From assembly GCA_965140365.1 (NCBI GenBank), contig OZ223196.1: a stretch of 64,000 nt of DNA; one strand, 5' to 3'. The position numbers were made by a program, and so were the translations under genes. Every line of letters begins with the position of its first letter. Position 1 is the first letter of the stretch. Source of the stretch: Hydrogenovibrio sp. GTDB lineage: Bacteria; Pseudomonadota; Gammaproteobacteria; Thiomicrospirales; Thiomicrospiraceae. This document shows, one piece after another, positions 45,816-55,817 of this stretch. The notes below the pieces were generated by a model, which did not search any database, was not told the DNA's origin, and saw nothing but the letters and a program-made list of their open reading frames with translations.

Positions 45816-45828
45816 GGTGTTGTCCTGT

Positions 45829-47862
45829 TTATCCGGGGTTTAGCATGGCTTTAAGGTTGTCCAAATGGGCGTTGCCGGTGATTTTCTGCTCTTCGGGCGA
45901 TAATTCCACACCGGGCTTGCCTTCCCACTGTAACAGTTCCGGTGGTAGTTCTTCCAGAAAGCGGCTCGGTTCGCACTTGGTTTGTTCGCCGTATTTTTTG
46001 CGCTTCTTGGCGTAGGTCATGGTTAGGCTACGTTTCGCTCGGGTGATGCCGACGTAGGCCAGGCGACGTTCTTCTTCCAAACCGGGCGATTCCAGGTTCT
46101 GTTTGTGGGGCAGCAACTCTTCTTCCATGCCGATGAGAAAGACGTGTGGAAACTCCAGCCCCTTGGAAGCGTGCAGGGTCATTAAGGTGACCATATTGGG
46201 TTCGGTGTCTTCCTCGTTGCGCTCCATCATGTCCATCAAGGTCATGTGGGCGACGATTTTTTCCAGCTTGAGTTCGTCGCCGTCTTCTTCCAGCGCCTTG
46301 TCGATGATACGTTCAATCCACAGCAGCAGGTCGCGAACGTTTTCGATGCGCTTTTCGGCGGCGCGCGGCGTATTGCTGGTTTCGTGCAGCCAGTTGTCGT
46401 ATTCCAGTTTTTCGATCAATTGGCGCACAAAAGAAGTCACTTCCTTGCCTTGCAACGAATCGGCTTCCTGCGCCCAAGACAATAGCAAATTGCCAAAATG
46501 TTGCACCCGTTGCAAAGCTTTGTCGCTCAAGACGGTGCTGAGCCCGAGTTCCTGAGTGGCGTCAAATAGGCTGACGTCGCGCTTGGTGGCGTAACCGGCG
46601 AGCTTTTCCAAGGTGGAAGCGCCGATTTCACGGCGTGGCGTATTGACGATGCGCAGGAAGGCGGCATCGTCATCCGGATTGACGATGAGTTTCAGGTAAC
46701 TCATGACATCCTTGATTTCCGCCTTGTCGAAAAAGGATTGTCCGCCGGAGAGTTTATAGGGAATGTTCTGTTCCCGCAGGGCGCGTTCAAACAGGCGTGA
46801 TTGGAAATTGCCGCGATAAAGGATGGCGTAATCCTTGAATTGGGTTTTGTGCTTGAATTTGTGCACGATGATTTCGGAAATAACCCTTTCCGCTTCATGG
46901 TTTTCATCGTTGCAGGCCAGCACGCGCAGCATGTCACCCATGCCCATTTCCGACCACAGCGATTTTTCGAACACGTGCGGGTTATTGGCAATCAAGGCGT
47001 TGGCGGCTTGCAGAATGCGGTTGCTGGAGCGGTAATTTTGTTCCAGTTTGATGACTTCCAGACTGGGAAAGTCTTCTTTCAATAACACCAGGTTTTCCGG
47101 CTGGGCGCCGCGCCAAGCGTAGATGGATTGGTCGTCGTCGCCCACCACCGTGAATTTGGCGCGCACGCCAACTAACTGTTTCACCAGTTCGTATTGCGCG
47201 GCGTTGGTGTCCTGATACTCGTCCACCAGCAAGTAACGTACGCGGTTTTGCCATTTGTCGAGAATGTGCGGGTTGTCATTGAACAACCGTACCGGCAGCC
47301 CGATCAAGTCATCGAAATCCACCGAGTTATAGGCATGCAATTGCTTTTGGTAATAGTCGTAGAGAATGGCGCGCGCTTGTTGCAGGTTGTCTTCCGCCAA
47401 CTCCAGTGCCTGTTGCGGGTTGATGTGGGCGTTTTTCCAATTGGAAATGTCCCATTGCACGCCATCCAGTTCTTCCTCGGTGAGCTGTTGTTTTTTCATC
47501 AGCTCTTTGAGAATTTGCTTGGTGTCGGTGGCGTCCATGATCGAAAAATTCGATTTGTACCCCAGCGCTTTGTATTCCTGGCGAATGATGTTTAAGCCGA
47601 GGTTATGGAAGGTCGATACGTTCAAGCCTTTGCTCGGGTCGTTTTTCAACAGTTTGCTGACCCGCTCCTTCATCTCTTTGGCCGCCTTGTTGGTAAAGGT
47701 GAGCGCGTAGATGTGGTGTGGCTGAACATCGTGCTTGCGAATCAAGTGCGCGATTTTCTCGGTGATGACGCGTGTTTTGCCGGAACCGGCCCCAGCCAAA
47801 ACCAACGCTGGAGTCTCCACGTGCATGACGCCTTTTAATTGTCTGTCGTTCAATCCAAACAT
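45829..47862 (-). CDS. rep: ATP-dependent DNA helicase Rep (UvrD/Rep SF1 family)
   Basis: 677 aa with LVLAGAGSGKTRVITEKIAHL (motif I), LLVDEYQDTN (motif II), VVGDDDQSIYAWRGA and TLHASKGLEF. Confidence 0.85.
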   Translation of the reverse strand: MFGLNDRQLKGVMHVETPALVLAGAGSGKTRVITEKIAHLIRKHDVQPHHIYALTFTNKAAKEMKERVSKLLKNDPSKGLNVSTFHNLGLNIIRQEYKALGYKSNFSIMDATDTKQILKELMKKQQLTEEELDGVQWDISNWKNAHINPQQALELAEDNLQQARAILYDYYQKQLHAYNSVDFDDLIGLPVRLFNDNPHILDKWQNRVRYLLVDEYQDTNAAQYELVKQLVGVRAKFTVVGDDDQSIYAWRGAQPENLVLLKEDFPSLEVIKLEQNYRSSNRILQAANALIANNPHVFEKSLWSEMGMGDMLRVLACNDENHEAERVISEIIVHKFKHKTQFKDYAILYRGNFQSRLFERALREQNIPYKLSGGQSFFDKAEIKDVMSYLKLIVNPDDDAAFLRIVNTPRREIGASTLEKLAGYATKRDVSLFDATQELGLSTVLSDKALQRVQHFGNLLLSWAQEADSLQGKEVTSFVRQLIEKLEYDNWLHETSNTPRAAEKRIENVRDLLLWIERIIDKALEEDGDELKLEKIVAHMTLMDMMERNEEDTEPNMVTLMTLHASKGLEFPHVFLIGMEEELLPHKQNLESPGLEEERRLAYVGITRAKRSLTMTYAKKRKKYGEQTKCEPSRFLEELPPELLQWEGKPGVELSPEEQKITGNAHLDNLKAMLNPG

Positions 47863-48028
47863 CGGGGAAAATCGATTCTCGTGCCGTAAAAAAGATACAA
47901 TATGATACCAGAATGCCGCCGCGTGCTCGGGTGAGAAATGCGCTCGGCGCGGATAATTTTATGCAAAGCGTTTCCGAAAGTCATCGCCGTGGCGAGCGCT
48001 GAAATCGGGACAAAGATGGATAACCGGA

Positions 48029-48610
48029 ATGAGTAGCATCGAACAGCTCAAGCAAGACATTGTTTTTGAAACGGAATTGAAAGGCAAGCCCCTGACGTTT
48101 CACACCACTTGGGGCATTTTCAGCCCGCGGGAAATTGATGCCGGGACCTTGTTGCTTTTAAAGCACCTCGATTTGCAACCGCAGGAAACCGCGTTGGACA
48201 TCGGTTGCGGTTACGGCCCGATTGGATTGGCCATTGCCGCTAATGCCAGCGGTGAGGTGCATATGGTGGACAAGGATTTTGTCGCCGTGGACTACGCGAA
48301 TCAAAACGCGAAGCGTAATGGTTTAACGCACGCCAAGGCTTATTTGTCGAACGGCTTGAGCGCCGTGCCGAAGGACTTGCAGTTCACCACGGTGGTGTCG
48401 AATATTCCGGCTAAAGTCGGTAAGGAAATGCTCAGCATTCTGTTGCACGACGTGCATCGGCAACTGGCGCCGGGCGGCCAATTTGTGGTGGTGACCATCA
48501 ACGGCTTGCGACAATACATGAAGCGCAATTTCATGGAGGTGTTCGGCAATTACGACAAGGTCAAGCAAGGTAAGGATTACACCATTTCGCGTTGCGTGAA
48601 ATCGTCCTAA
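48029..48610 (+). CDS. class I SAM-dependent methyltransferase (RsmC/RsmD small-domain type)
   Basis: ALDIGCGYGPIGLAIA (SAM motif I) and VVSNIPAKVG (NPPxH-like motif IV position). Confidence 0.65.
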   Translation: MSSIEQLKQDIVFETELKGKPLTFHTTWGIFSPREIDAGTLLLLKHLDLQPQETALDIGCGYGPIGLAIAANASGEVHMVDKDFVAVDYANQNAKRNGLTHAKAYLSNGLSAVPKDLQFTTVVSNIPAKVGKEMLSILLHDVHRQLAPGGQFVVVTINGLRQYMKRNFMEVFGNYDKVKQGKDYTISRCVKSS

Positions 48611-48717
48611 TTCATTAATACCACCGGCGCTCTGCTAATATCCCTTGGTTTGATGGCTTTATTTTTAATGCATTACCGATACAATCAACAGCAGACTTAA
48701 CGAAAATAGGTTTTACC

Positions 48718-49638
48718 ATGAAAAAAATTACTCTTTGGTTGTCGATGATGACCTTTACCTTTTTTGCCACCATGCAGACCGCGGAAGCTAAGCGCTTCGG
48801 TGGTGGTAGCAGTTTTGGGTATTCCAAGAAAGTGGCGCCGAAGCAATACAATTCCACGTCCAAACCGGCGTCTAACCCCTCGGCGGCCAATACGACGACG
48901 GCTGCGGGGGCGAAAACGTCCGGCGCTTCGCGCTTTTTAGGGCCGTTGGCCGGCATTGCAGCGGGTGGCTTGTTAGCGGCCATGTTGTTCGGTGACGGCT
49001 TCGAGGGGATTCAGTTATTGGATATTTTGCTGATTGCGTTCCTGGCCTTTATTTTGTTTAGCCTGTTTCGCCGCCGTGCCGGCGCGCATCAAACCGCTTA
49101 TTCCGGTCACCGCGGACAAGAACCGTCGTCTTATGACGCAACTTCGTCGCCCTACCAAACCCGTGAAGCCGCCACTATGGATTATTCGTCGCACACCCAT
49201 CAAACCGGTGAAAGCATCATCGGTTCCGGGCTGTCGGATGATGCCGAGCCGGTGCAGGTGAAGCCGGACTGGTTCGACGAAGCGCGTTTTATCGAAGACG
49301 CCCGGTCGCATTTCGTTGCAGTGCAAAAGGCTTGGGATGCCTTGGACGCCAAAGAATTGCAGGATTACTGCACGCCGGAACTCTATAACGCCCTGAAGGT
49401 GGAAATGGCGCAGTTGCAAGTGGGCACAAACCATACCGAAGTGGATGAGTTGAATGCCGATATCGCCGATTTGGCGATTGATGGCGATTACTTCATCGTC
49501 AGCGTACGCTTCAGCGGCTTTATCAAAGAAGAGGCCGACGGCTTTGCCCATGCCTTCAATGAAATCTGGCACATTCGCCGTCTGGCGGAAGGGCGTGGGC
49601 CTTGGCAAATCGCTGGGATTCAACAGAACGATCTTTAA
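48718..49638 (+). CDS. Tim44-like domain membrane protein
   Basis: Signal/TM N-terminus, a Gly/Ala-rich TM helix, and a C-terminal region (FDEARFIEDARSHFVAVQKAWDALDAKELQDYCTPELYNAL...WHIRR) typical of bacterial Tim44-like proteins. Confidence 0.6.
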   Translation: MKKITLWLSMMTFTFFATMQTAEAKRFGGGSSFGYSKKVAPKQYNSTSKPASNPSAANTTTAAGAKTSGASRFLGPLAGIAAGGLLAAMLFGDGFEGIQLLDILLIAFLAFILFSLFRRRAGAHQTAYSGHRGQEPSSYDATSSPYQTREAATMDYSSHTHQTGESIIGSGLSDDAEPVQVKPDWFDEARFIEDARSHFVAVQKAWDALDAKELQDYCTPELYNALKVEMAQLQVGTNHTEVDELNADIADLAIDGDYFIVSVRFSGFIKEEADGFAHAFNEIWHIRRLAEGRGPWQIAGIQQNDL

Positions 49639-49667
49639 ATGCCGTAGCGTAACCCCTTGAAAAATTA

Positions 49668-50192
49668 ATGGGTTTGCCAAAAATGGCGCCATTGAGTATA
49701 GTGGCACGGAATCTTATTGAGGAGGAAAATAAGGTGTCGGGATGGAATCTTGTAAAACGCCCAGGCCTGGTGGTAATCGGGTTATTGGTGCTGCTATTGA
49801 GCGCTTGCTCCAAGCCGCCGGTGGAACTGACTTCGGTGAAGATCGTCGATAATCTGGATCGCGGTTCAGGCAACTTCGACCGCATGTTGCAGATTTGTTT
49901 TACCGAACCGTTACGCGCCGATTATTATCACCATGCGGTGCTGATTTCCAATCAGGGGTTCAAAATTGAGGGTGGCAGTATGTTGCGCCCTTTGGCGTCC
50001 GATCCGGATAATAAGTGCCAATTGCGCAACCTCTATAATTACGTCGGAAAGGATTCGCCGCCGGGCGTGCGTGAGATGATTAAAGAATTCATGGTGCCGG
50101 GCAATGTGAATCAGGTGTTAATCCAGATTTATGATGAAAAACCGACCGGTAACGAGTTGCCGATTGAAGAAAAATTATTCCGAAATATTTAA
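49668..50192 (+). CDS. hypothetical lipoprotein
   Basis: Lipobox-like LLLSAC after a hydrophobic stretch. Start codon uncertain. Confidence 0.45.
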   Translation: MGLPKMAPLSIVARNLIEEENKVSGWNLVKRPGLVVIGLLVLLLSACSKPPVELTSVKIVDNLDRGSGNFDRMLQICFTEPLRADYYHHAVLISNQGFKIEGGSMLRPLASDPDNKCQLRNLYNYVGKDSPPGVREMIKEFMVPGNVNQVLIQIYDEKPTGNELPIEEKLFRNI

Positions 50193-50220
50193 TGGCCTCC
50201 CGTTTGGAAGCCTAGCTTGT

Positions 50221-50252
50221 AAAACCGCCAGGCCTGGCGGTTTTTTGTTTTT
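50221..50252 (+). terminator. Rho-independent terminator
   Basis: aaaaccgccagg|cctggcggtttt is followed by ttgttttt. The hairpin is identical to the one at 62403-62426. Confidence 0.8.
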
Positions 50253-50263
50253 GAGAGAACCCA

Positions 50264-51331
50264 ATGCCCAATTCAACTGACCCTGCCGAGTTTTACCCTT
50301 CCGACCTGTCTGCACTGGCTTATGCCTATGGCCAACCGGAGGCGACGGCTTTTTTGAAAGCCGACCCGGCCGATTTCGTGGTGGAAGAACAACTGGCTTA
50401 TACTTTGAGTGGCGAAGGCGAGCATCTCTGGGTGTGGGTGGAAAAAACCGGTCAGAACACGGATTGGGTGGCGAAGCAGTTGGCGAAATGGGCCGGTATT
50501 GCGCCGAAAAACATCGGTGTGGCCGGGAAGAAAGACCGCCAAGCCGTGACCTATCAATGGATGAGTTTGCATCTGCCGGGGCAAGCCGACCCGGCGCTTG
50601 ACGCCTTGTCGGTTCCCGGCGTGCGCATTTTGAAACAGCAGCGCCATCACCGTAAACTGCAAACCGGCGGCCTGTCGGGTAATCGTTTTACGCTGACACT
50701 GCGACAGGTGGCGGGCGATAAAGCGGCGTTGGAGGCACGTTTGCAACGCATTCGTGAGCAGGGCGTGCCGAATTATTTTGGTGAACAACGCTTTGGCAAT
50801 GGGTTTCAGAACCTGCCAAAAGCGACGCAATTGTTTCAAGGGCAATTGAAAGCTCCGAAGCGTCATCAAAAAAGCCTTTACATCTCGGCGGCGCGCTCTT
50901 GGATCTTCAATGAAATTCTTAGCCAACGAATTGAGCAACAATCCTGGAATCAAGCCATGCCGGGCGACGTGTTTCAGTTACAAGGGTCGCAAAAATGGTT
51001 TGCCGATGATGGCGATCCGGCCTTGGCAGGGCGCGTTGAGCAGTTAGATTTGCACCCCACCGGGGCTTTGACCGGGCGAGGTGTTTTGCCGACGCAAAGT
51101 GAAGCCTTTCAGCTGGAACAAACGGTGATTTCGCAACATCCGATTTGGCAGGCCGGTTTGGAAAAACTGGGGTTGAAGCAAGAGCGCCGTGCTTTGCGGG
51201 TGTGGCCCAAAGAATTGACTTGGCAATGGCCGGAGGCGGAAACGCTGGCGGTGTCGTTCGATTTGCCGGCCGGCAGTTACGCCACCATAGTGGTTCGGGA
51301 ACTGGTCCAGCTGGCAAAATCGTCGGAATAA
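50264..51331 (+). CDS. truD: tRNA pseudouridine(13) synthase TruD
   Basis: 355 aa with LKADPADFVVEE...GEGEHLWVWVEKTGQNT...AGKKDRQAVTYQW...GVPNYFGEQRFG, colinear with E. coli TruD motifs. Confidence 0.87.
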   Translation: MPNSTDPAEFYPSDLSALAYAYGQPEATAFLKADPADFVVEEQLAYTLSGEGEHLWVWVEKTGQNTDWVAKQLAKWAGIAPKNIGVAGKKDRQAVTYQWMSLHLPGQADPALDALSVPGVRILKQQRHHRKLQTGGLSGNRFTLTLRQVAGDKAALEARLQRIREQGVPNYFGEQRFGNGFQNLPKATQLFQGQLKAPKRHQKSLYISAARSWIFNEILSQRIEQQSWNQAMPGDVFQLQGSQKWFADDGDPALAGRVEQLDLHPTGALTGRGVLPTQSEAFQLEQTVISQHPIWQAGLEKLGLKQERRALRVWPKELTWQWPEAETLAVSFDLPAGSYATIVVRELVQLAKSSE

Positions 51332-51347
51332 AAGACTCATAAACGAT

Positions 51348-51367
51348 TTCACCAGGCCTGGTGAAAA
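51348..51367. terminator. hairpin between convergent truD and hisI (bidirectional terminator candidate)
   Basis: tttcaccagg|cctggtgaaa is a perfect 20-nt palindrome. Confidence 0.55.
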
Positions 51368-51397
51368 TCACTGAATGGCGGCTGAATGAGTGCGGGC

Positions 51398-51871
51398 TTA
51401 TTTTTTGTATAAGTCGTTTGGGTCGATGAGCGGATTGGTGAGTATTTCCGCTTTATCGTCGTGTACCTCGACGTAAAAACAGCTTTTGCGACCGGTGTGG
51501 CATGCCGGTCCGGTTTGATCGACCAACAGTAAAATGGCATCGCCGTCACAATCGAAACGCAGTTCTTTCAAGGTCTGAATCTGGCCGGACTCTTCGCCTT
51601 TGCGCCAGTAAGCCTGACGTGAACGCGACCAATAACAGACACGACCGGTTTTTAAGGTTTCCTGCAAGGACGCTTCGTTCATCCACGCCATCATCAACAC
51701 GTCTTTGCTGTCGAACTGTTGGGCAATGGCCGGAATCAAGCCGTCTTCATTGTATTTGACTTGGTTTTTAACGGCCTCCCAGTCGAACGTATCGCCTTGG
51801 TGTGCGTTCTCTAATTGCTTAAAAGTGGGCGCATTACTGGGGGTTGTGTTCGGTGCTTTGGTGGAGTCCAT
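51398..51871 (-). CDS. hisI: phosphoribosyl-AMP cyclohydrolase
   Basis: GLIPAIAQQFDSKDVLMMAWMNEASLQETLKTGRVCYWSRSRQAYWRKGEESGQIQ...RFDCDGDAILLLVDQTGPACHTGRKSCF. Confidence 0.87.
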   Translation of the reverse strand: MDSTKAPNTTPSNAPTFKQLENAHQGDTFDWEAVKNQVKYNEDGLIPAIAQQFDSKDVLMMAWMNEASLQETLKTGRVCYWSRSRQAYWRKGEESGQIQTLKELRFDCDGDAILLLVDQTGPACHTGRKSCFYVEVHDDKAEILTNPLIDPNDLYKK

Positions 51872-51883
51872 GACGAGTCCTTA

Positions 51884-52963
51884 TTAGCGCTTACGTTTCG
51901 CCGCGGCAAAGGCCTGGGCGAACGGGTTGTTGGAAATTTCTTCTTTGACCGGTTCCGGTTTTTTCACTTTTACTTGTGATTTACGACCCCGCAACAGCAT
52001 GGCCTGGAAAAGTTCGGCGGTGGCTTGGGCGTCGGCCAAGGCATCGTGCGCGTCACCCGGAAAGGGTTTCCCCATGATTTTTTCATAAGCGTCGGTCAGT
52101 TTCGGGGTTTTGTAGAACCAGTACATTTTTTCCGACTGCCAACGCAGGGCGCCGACCAAATCTTTGGACAATTCCGCGACGTCCAGCCAATCGTTGTAGT
52201 CCAGCTCAAATGTCAGCATTTTCTTTTCCGCGCTTTTTTGCAGATACGCAAAGTCGGATTCGGTGCTGTAAGCCAGAACCGTGTCGGCTTCCGCCAGGGC
52301 GGTATGAATCTGTTCCCAGGCTTCGGTCAGATAAGGCGCGTCCTGAACCATTTCGGTACAGATGTTGTGCTTATCGTTTTCCGGAATGTCGTAACCCGGG
52401 TTAATCAGTTGGTTCATCACTTCGTTGCCGTCCAAATCACAGATGGACACCTGAATGATGTCGGCGTTGTCTTTGGTGCAAATGTCGGTGGCTTCGATGT
52501 CGATGCACACTACCTTGCGGCCTTTGATGGCTTGATCGTGTTCTTTTAGCTTGAACAAGGCATCGTTACGACGTTCTTGAATCAGGTTAATGACTTCGGA
52601 GCGGGTGAATTCATTAATGAGATCCGTCAATTTGGTGCGCAGTTTCTTGACCGATTTGCTCAACGCCTTGCGCACTTCTTCATCGTCGCTGGCTTTTTCA
52701 ATCAGCTGTTTGACGGTGAAGGTCTCATTGCCCACCACCATTTGGTCAAGAATGACGTCGACGATTTTGGCGGTGTCGAATTGGTGATCTTCCAAAGGCG
52801 GAATGCGCAAAGTCGCGCTGATCAGGGCTTTTTCTCCTTTAGCAGGAGAGGCGATGACTTGAATGCCTTTGATGTCGAGTCCGTCGGAAGCCGCGACGGC
52901 GACAATGTATTCTTTAATCGGCTGATTGCGTTTATCGATGAAGATCAGTTGGGCGTTGCTCAT
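51884..52963 (-). CDS. DEDD (DnaQ-like) 3'-5' exonuclease domain protein with unassigned N-terminal ~150 aa
   Basis: Exo I VVCIDIEATD and Exo III DAHDALADAQATAELF motifs lie in the C-terminal two-thirds, with a basic tail. Confidence 0.62.
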   Translation of the reverse strand: MSNAQLIFIDKRNQPIKEYIVAVAASDGLDIKGIQVIASPAKGEKALISATLRIPPLEDHQFDTAKIVDVILDQMVVGNETFTVKQLIEKASDDEEVRKALSKSVKKLRTKLTDLINEFTRSEVINLIQERRNDALFKLKEHDQAIKGRKVVCIDIEATDICTKDNADIIQVSICDLDGNEVMNQLINPGYDIPENDKHNICTEMVQDAPYLTEAWEQIHTALAEADTVLAYSTESDFAYLQKSAEKKMLTFELDYNDWLDVAELSKDLVGALRWQSEKMYWFYKTPKLTDAYEKIMGKPFPGDAHDALADAQATAELFQAMLLRGRKSQVKVKKPEPVKEEISNNPFAQAFAAAKRKR

Positions 52964-53309
52964 AATGTGAAAGTAGGCGTTTTTTAAAAAATGACCGTCA
53001 TTTTATCAGGTTGTGGCTCGGGGTGGATGAAAAGTGGTTGGCTTTACCGGATTTTGCTTGAAAACAAAGTGTGACGTAAATTCATGTTTTTTTGGTGCGA
53101 TTTGAAACTTTTTGGTGATTTTGATGAAAGATGGCGGGCATTTAGCAAATGGGTTTGATTGGGATAAATGGAATTAATTACTTGAAAGTAAAATATTTAT
53201 TGTATGTTGGTGTTGTTTTCTCTTAGGGTGTATCTATAGAGCCTCTTTTTAAAGGCGTTCTTTTTTGGGGCAAATGTTTGCAACCCAAAACATCCAAACA
53301 GGAGCGGTT

Positions 53310-54482
53310 ATGACTCGTAGTTGGCAGGATATCCTGACAGGCACCATCGAAACGCGCCATTGGTTGCATCGCAACCCGGAGTTGACCTGGGAGGAAGAAA
53401 ATACCGCTCGCTTCATTCGAGAACGTCTCTCGACCTTAAAGATTCCTTGGCGTGTTTGCGCCACCCACGGCACGGTCGCCACCTTGGCAAGTCAGGCGGA
53501 TGGCCCGCACCGCGCTTTCCGTGCCGATATGGACGCTCTGCCCATTGAAGAGGCATCGGGCGTGGAATATGTTTCCTGTCAAACCGGCAAAATGCACGCC
53601 TGCGGCCACGACGGCCACACCGCGGCGCTCCTGGCGTGCGCGGAATGGTTCAAGCAACATGAAACGTCTTTGTCCGGCCCGATCTCGCTGGTGTTTCAAC
53701 CGGCGGAAGAGGGCGGGCACGGCGCCAAAAAAATGATTGAAGACGGTGCCTTGGACGGGGTGGATGAAATTTTCGGCTGGCATAACTGGCCGGCCATCGA
53801 ATTTGGCCAGGCCTGCTGTCCGGACGGCGCCGTGATGTCCGGTAACGGCACCTTTGAAATCCATTTGAAAGGCCGTGGCGGACACGCCTCGCAACCCGAA
53901 GCGGCACGAGACCCGGTACTCGCCGCCGCCGCCGTGACCTTGAATTTGCAACAAATTGTCAGCCGTCGCTTGCCGCCACAAGCCGATGCCGTGGTCAGCG
54001 TCACGTCCATTGACGCCATCAGTAACGTCACCGTGATTCCGGAAAAGGTCACTCTAGCGGGCAGTATCCGCTTGTCCAGCCCGCAATGGCGGCAACCGAT
54101 TAATCAAGCGATTCGGGAAATCGCCGAGCAGACCGCCGCGAGCTACGGTGTTGTCGCCGACGTGACAACCCGACCACGCTATGAAGCCACCCTGAATCAT
54201 ACCGCGCAAGCCCGTGCGGTGCGTCAAGCGCTTGAAAGCGAATTGGGTACGGATTACCCAGCCCAAAACATACTGATGCCGCTCATGGCATCGGAAGACT
54301 TTAGCTATTACCTGAATGAAATTCCAGGGGCGTTTGCCTTGATTGGTATGGCCGAAGGGGCGGAAGACACGCGGCGTTTTAATCAGCCATGTCACAGCCC
54401 CAAATATGTGTTTAATGACCGTGTTTTGGAAACGGTCGTTAAAGTGTTCAGTCGTTTGGCGGGCGTTCCCGTCCCCGGTTAA
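53310..54482 (+). CDS. M20-family amidohydrolase (N-acyl-amino-acid / hippurate hydrolase type)
   Basis: RHWLHRNPELTWEE, MHACGHDGHTA and FQPAEEGGHGAKKM. The start is placed at the ATG at 53310, 5 nt after AGGAG. Confidence 0.8.
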   Translation: MTRSWQDILTGTIETRHWLHRNPELTWEEENTARFIRERLSTLKIPWRVCATHGTVATLASQADGPHRAFRADMDALPIEEASGVEYVSCQTGKMHACGHDGHTAALLACAEWFKQHETSLSGPISLVFQPAEEGGHGAKKMIEDGALDGVDEIFGWHNWPAIEFGQACCPDGAVMSGNGTFEIHLKGRGGHASQPEAARDPVLAAAAVTLNLQQIVSRRLPPQADAVVSVTSIDAISNVTVIPEKVTLAGSIRLSSPQWRQPINQAIREIAEQTAASYGVVADVTTRPRYEATLNHTAQARAVRQALESELGTDYPAQNILMPLMASEDFSYYLNEIPGAFALIGMAEGAEDTRRFNQPCHSPKYVFNDRVLETVVKVFSRLAGVPVPG

Positions 54483-54563
54483 GGCCGGAAGTGTTTTGAG
54501 GCCTTGTGCGGATCAGAAACATGGATTTGCGCAAAGACCTCTTGGTTATTGAAGGAGAGAAAG

Positions 54564-55817
54564 ATGGATTGGTTTGAACGTTATGAATCGGATATTCGTG
54601 CCTATGCTCGCGCCTATCCCGCCGTGTTCGTCAAGGCGGAAAATGCTATCCAGACGGATGAAAACGGCAAGGGATACATTGATTTTTATGCCGGGGCGGG
54701 GGTACTGAATTTTGGACATAATCATCCGAAACTCAAAGCGGCCATTTTGAAGTACATCGAATCGGATGGCGTGTTGCACAGCTTGGACATGATGACCGCC
54801 GCCAAGCGGGAATTCATTCAAGGCTTTGTGGAAACCATTCTGCAACCGCGCGGTATGGATTACAAACTGCAGTTCATGGGGCCGACCGGCACCAATGCGG
54901 TGGAAGCAGCGCTCAAGCTGGCACGTAAAGTGACAGGGCGCAGCCAAGTGGTGGCTTTCACGCAGGGGTTCCACGGTATGACATTGGGCGCGCTGGCCTG
55001 CACGGCCAATGAAGTGTTCCGCAATGTCTCCGGCGTGTCTCTGGATAATGTGATGCACTGGCCGTTTGAAAACCATGAAGGGGGCGGGCTCGACAGTTTG
55101 GAAACGCTGGCCGCCATGTATCGCAATACTTCCAGCGGGTTGGATAAACCGGCGGCCTTTATCGTTGAACCGATTCAGGCGGAAGGCGGTGTCAATGTCG
55201 CCAGTGAAGAATGGCTGCAAGGCTTGCAGGCGCTGGCGAAAGAAACCGGCGCTTTATTGATCCTCGATGACATTCAAGCCGGCTGTGGCCGGACCGGGCA
55301 GTATTTCAGCTTCGAAGGCATGGGGTTGGAGCCGGACATTGTCACGCTTGCCAAGGGCATTGGCGGCTTGGGCACGCCGATGGCCATGAACCTGGTGAAG
55401 CCGGAGCATGATAAACACTGGAAGCCCGGTGAGCATACCGGCACCTTCCGTGGACAGAATTTGTCCTTTGTCGCCGGGCGTGAAGCCTTGCGCTTTTTTG
55501 AAGACGATGCGTTGATGTCGCAAACTCGGGAAAAGGGTGAGGTCATGCGTCGTGCGCTGGAATCGATTGCGGCGAAGTACACGCATTTCAGCGTGCGCGG
55601 CAAAGGTATGATGCAGGCGTTGGACGTTCAGAATGGGGCTTTGGCGAAAGCCATTGCGCAGGATTGTTTTGAGCACGGTATGTTATTCGGTCCCTGTGGT
55701 GTCGGGGGCCAGGTATTAAAAATGATTCCACCTTTGACCATTCCAACGGAGGAGCTGGACGCGGGACTGGACATCTTGACTCAGGCGGTTGACCGCCAAG
55801 TGGAGGCGATGCAATGA
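54564..55817 (+). CDS. diaminobutyrate--2-oxoglutarate transaminase family (EctB/DoeD-type class III aminotransferase)
   Basis: MDWFERYESDIRAYARAYPAVF...IDFYAGAGVLNFGHNHP...GPTGTNAVEAALKLARKVTGR...LILDDIQAGCGRTG...TLAKGIGG. The start follows GAAGGAGAG. Confidence 0.82.
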   Translation: MDWFERYESDIRAYARAYPAVFVKAENAIQTDENGKGYIDFYAGAGVLNFGHNHPKLKAAILKYIESDGVLHSLDMMTAAKREFIQGFVETILQPRGMDYKLQFMGPTGTNAVEAALKLARKVTGRSQVVAFTQGFHGMTLGALACTANEVFRNVSGVSLDNVMHWPFENHEGGGLDSLETLAAMYRNTSSGLDKPAAFIVEPIQAEGGVNVASEEWLQGLQALAKETGALLILDDIQAGCGRTGQYFSFEGMGLEPDIVTLAKGIGGLGTPMAMNLVKPEHDKHWKPGEHTGTFRGQNLSFVAGREALRFFEDDALMSQTREKGEVMRRALESIAAKYTHFSVRGKGMMQALDVQNGALAKAIAQDCFEHGMLFGPCGVGGQVLKMIPPLTIPTEELDAGLDILTQAVDRQVEAMQ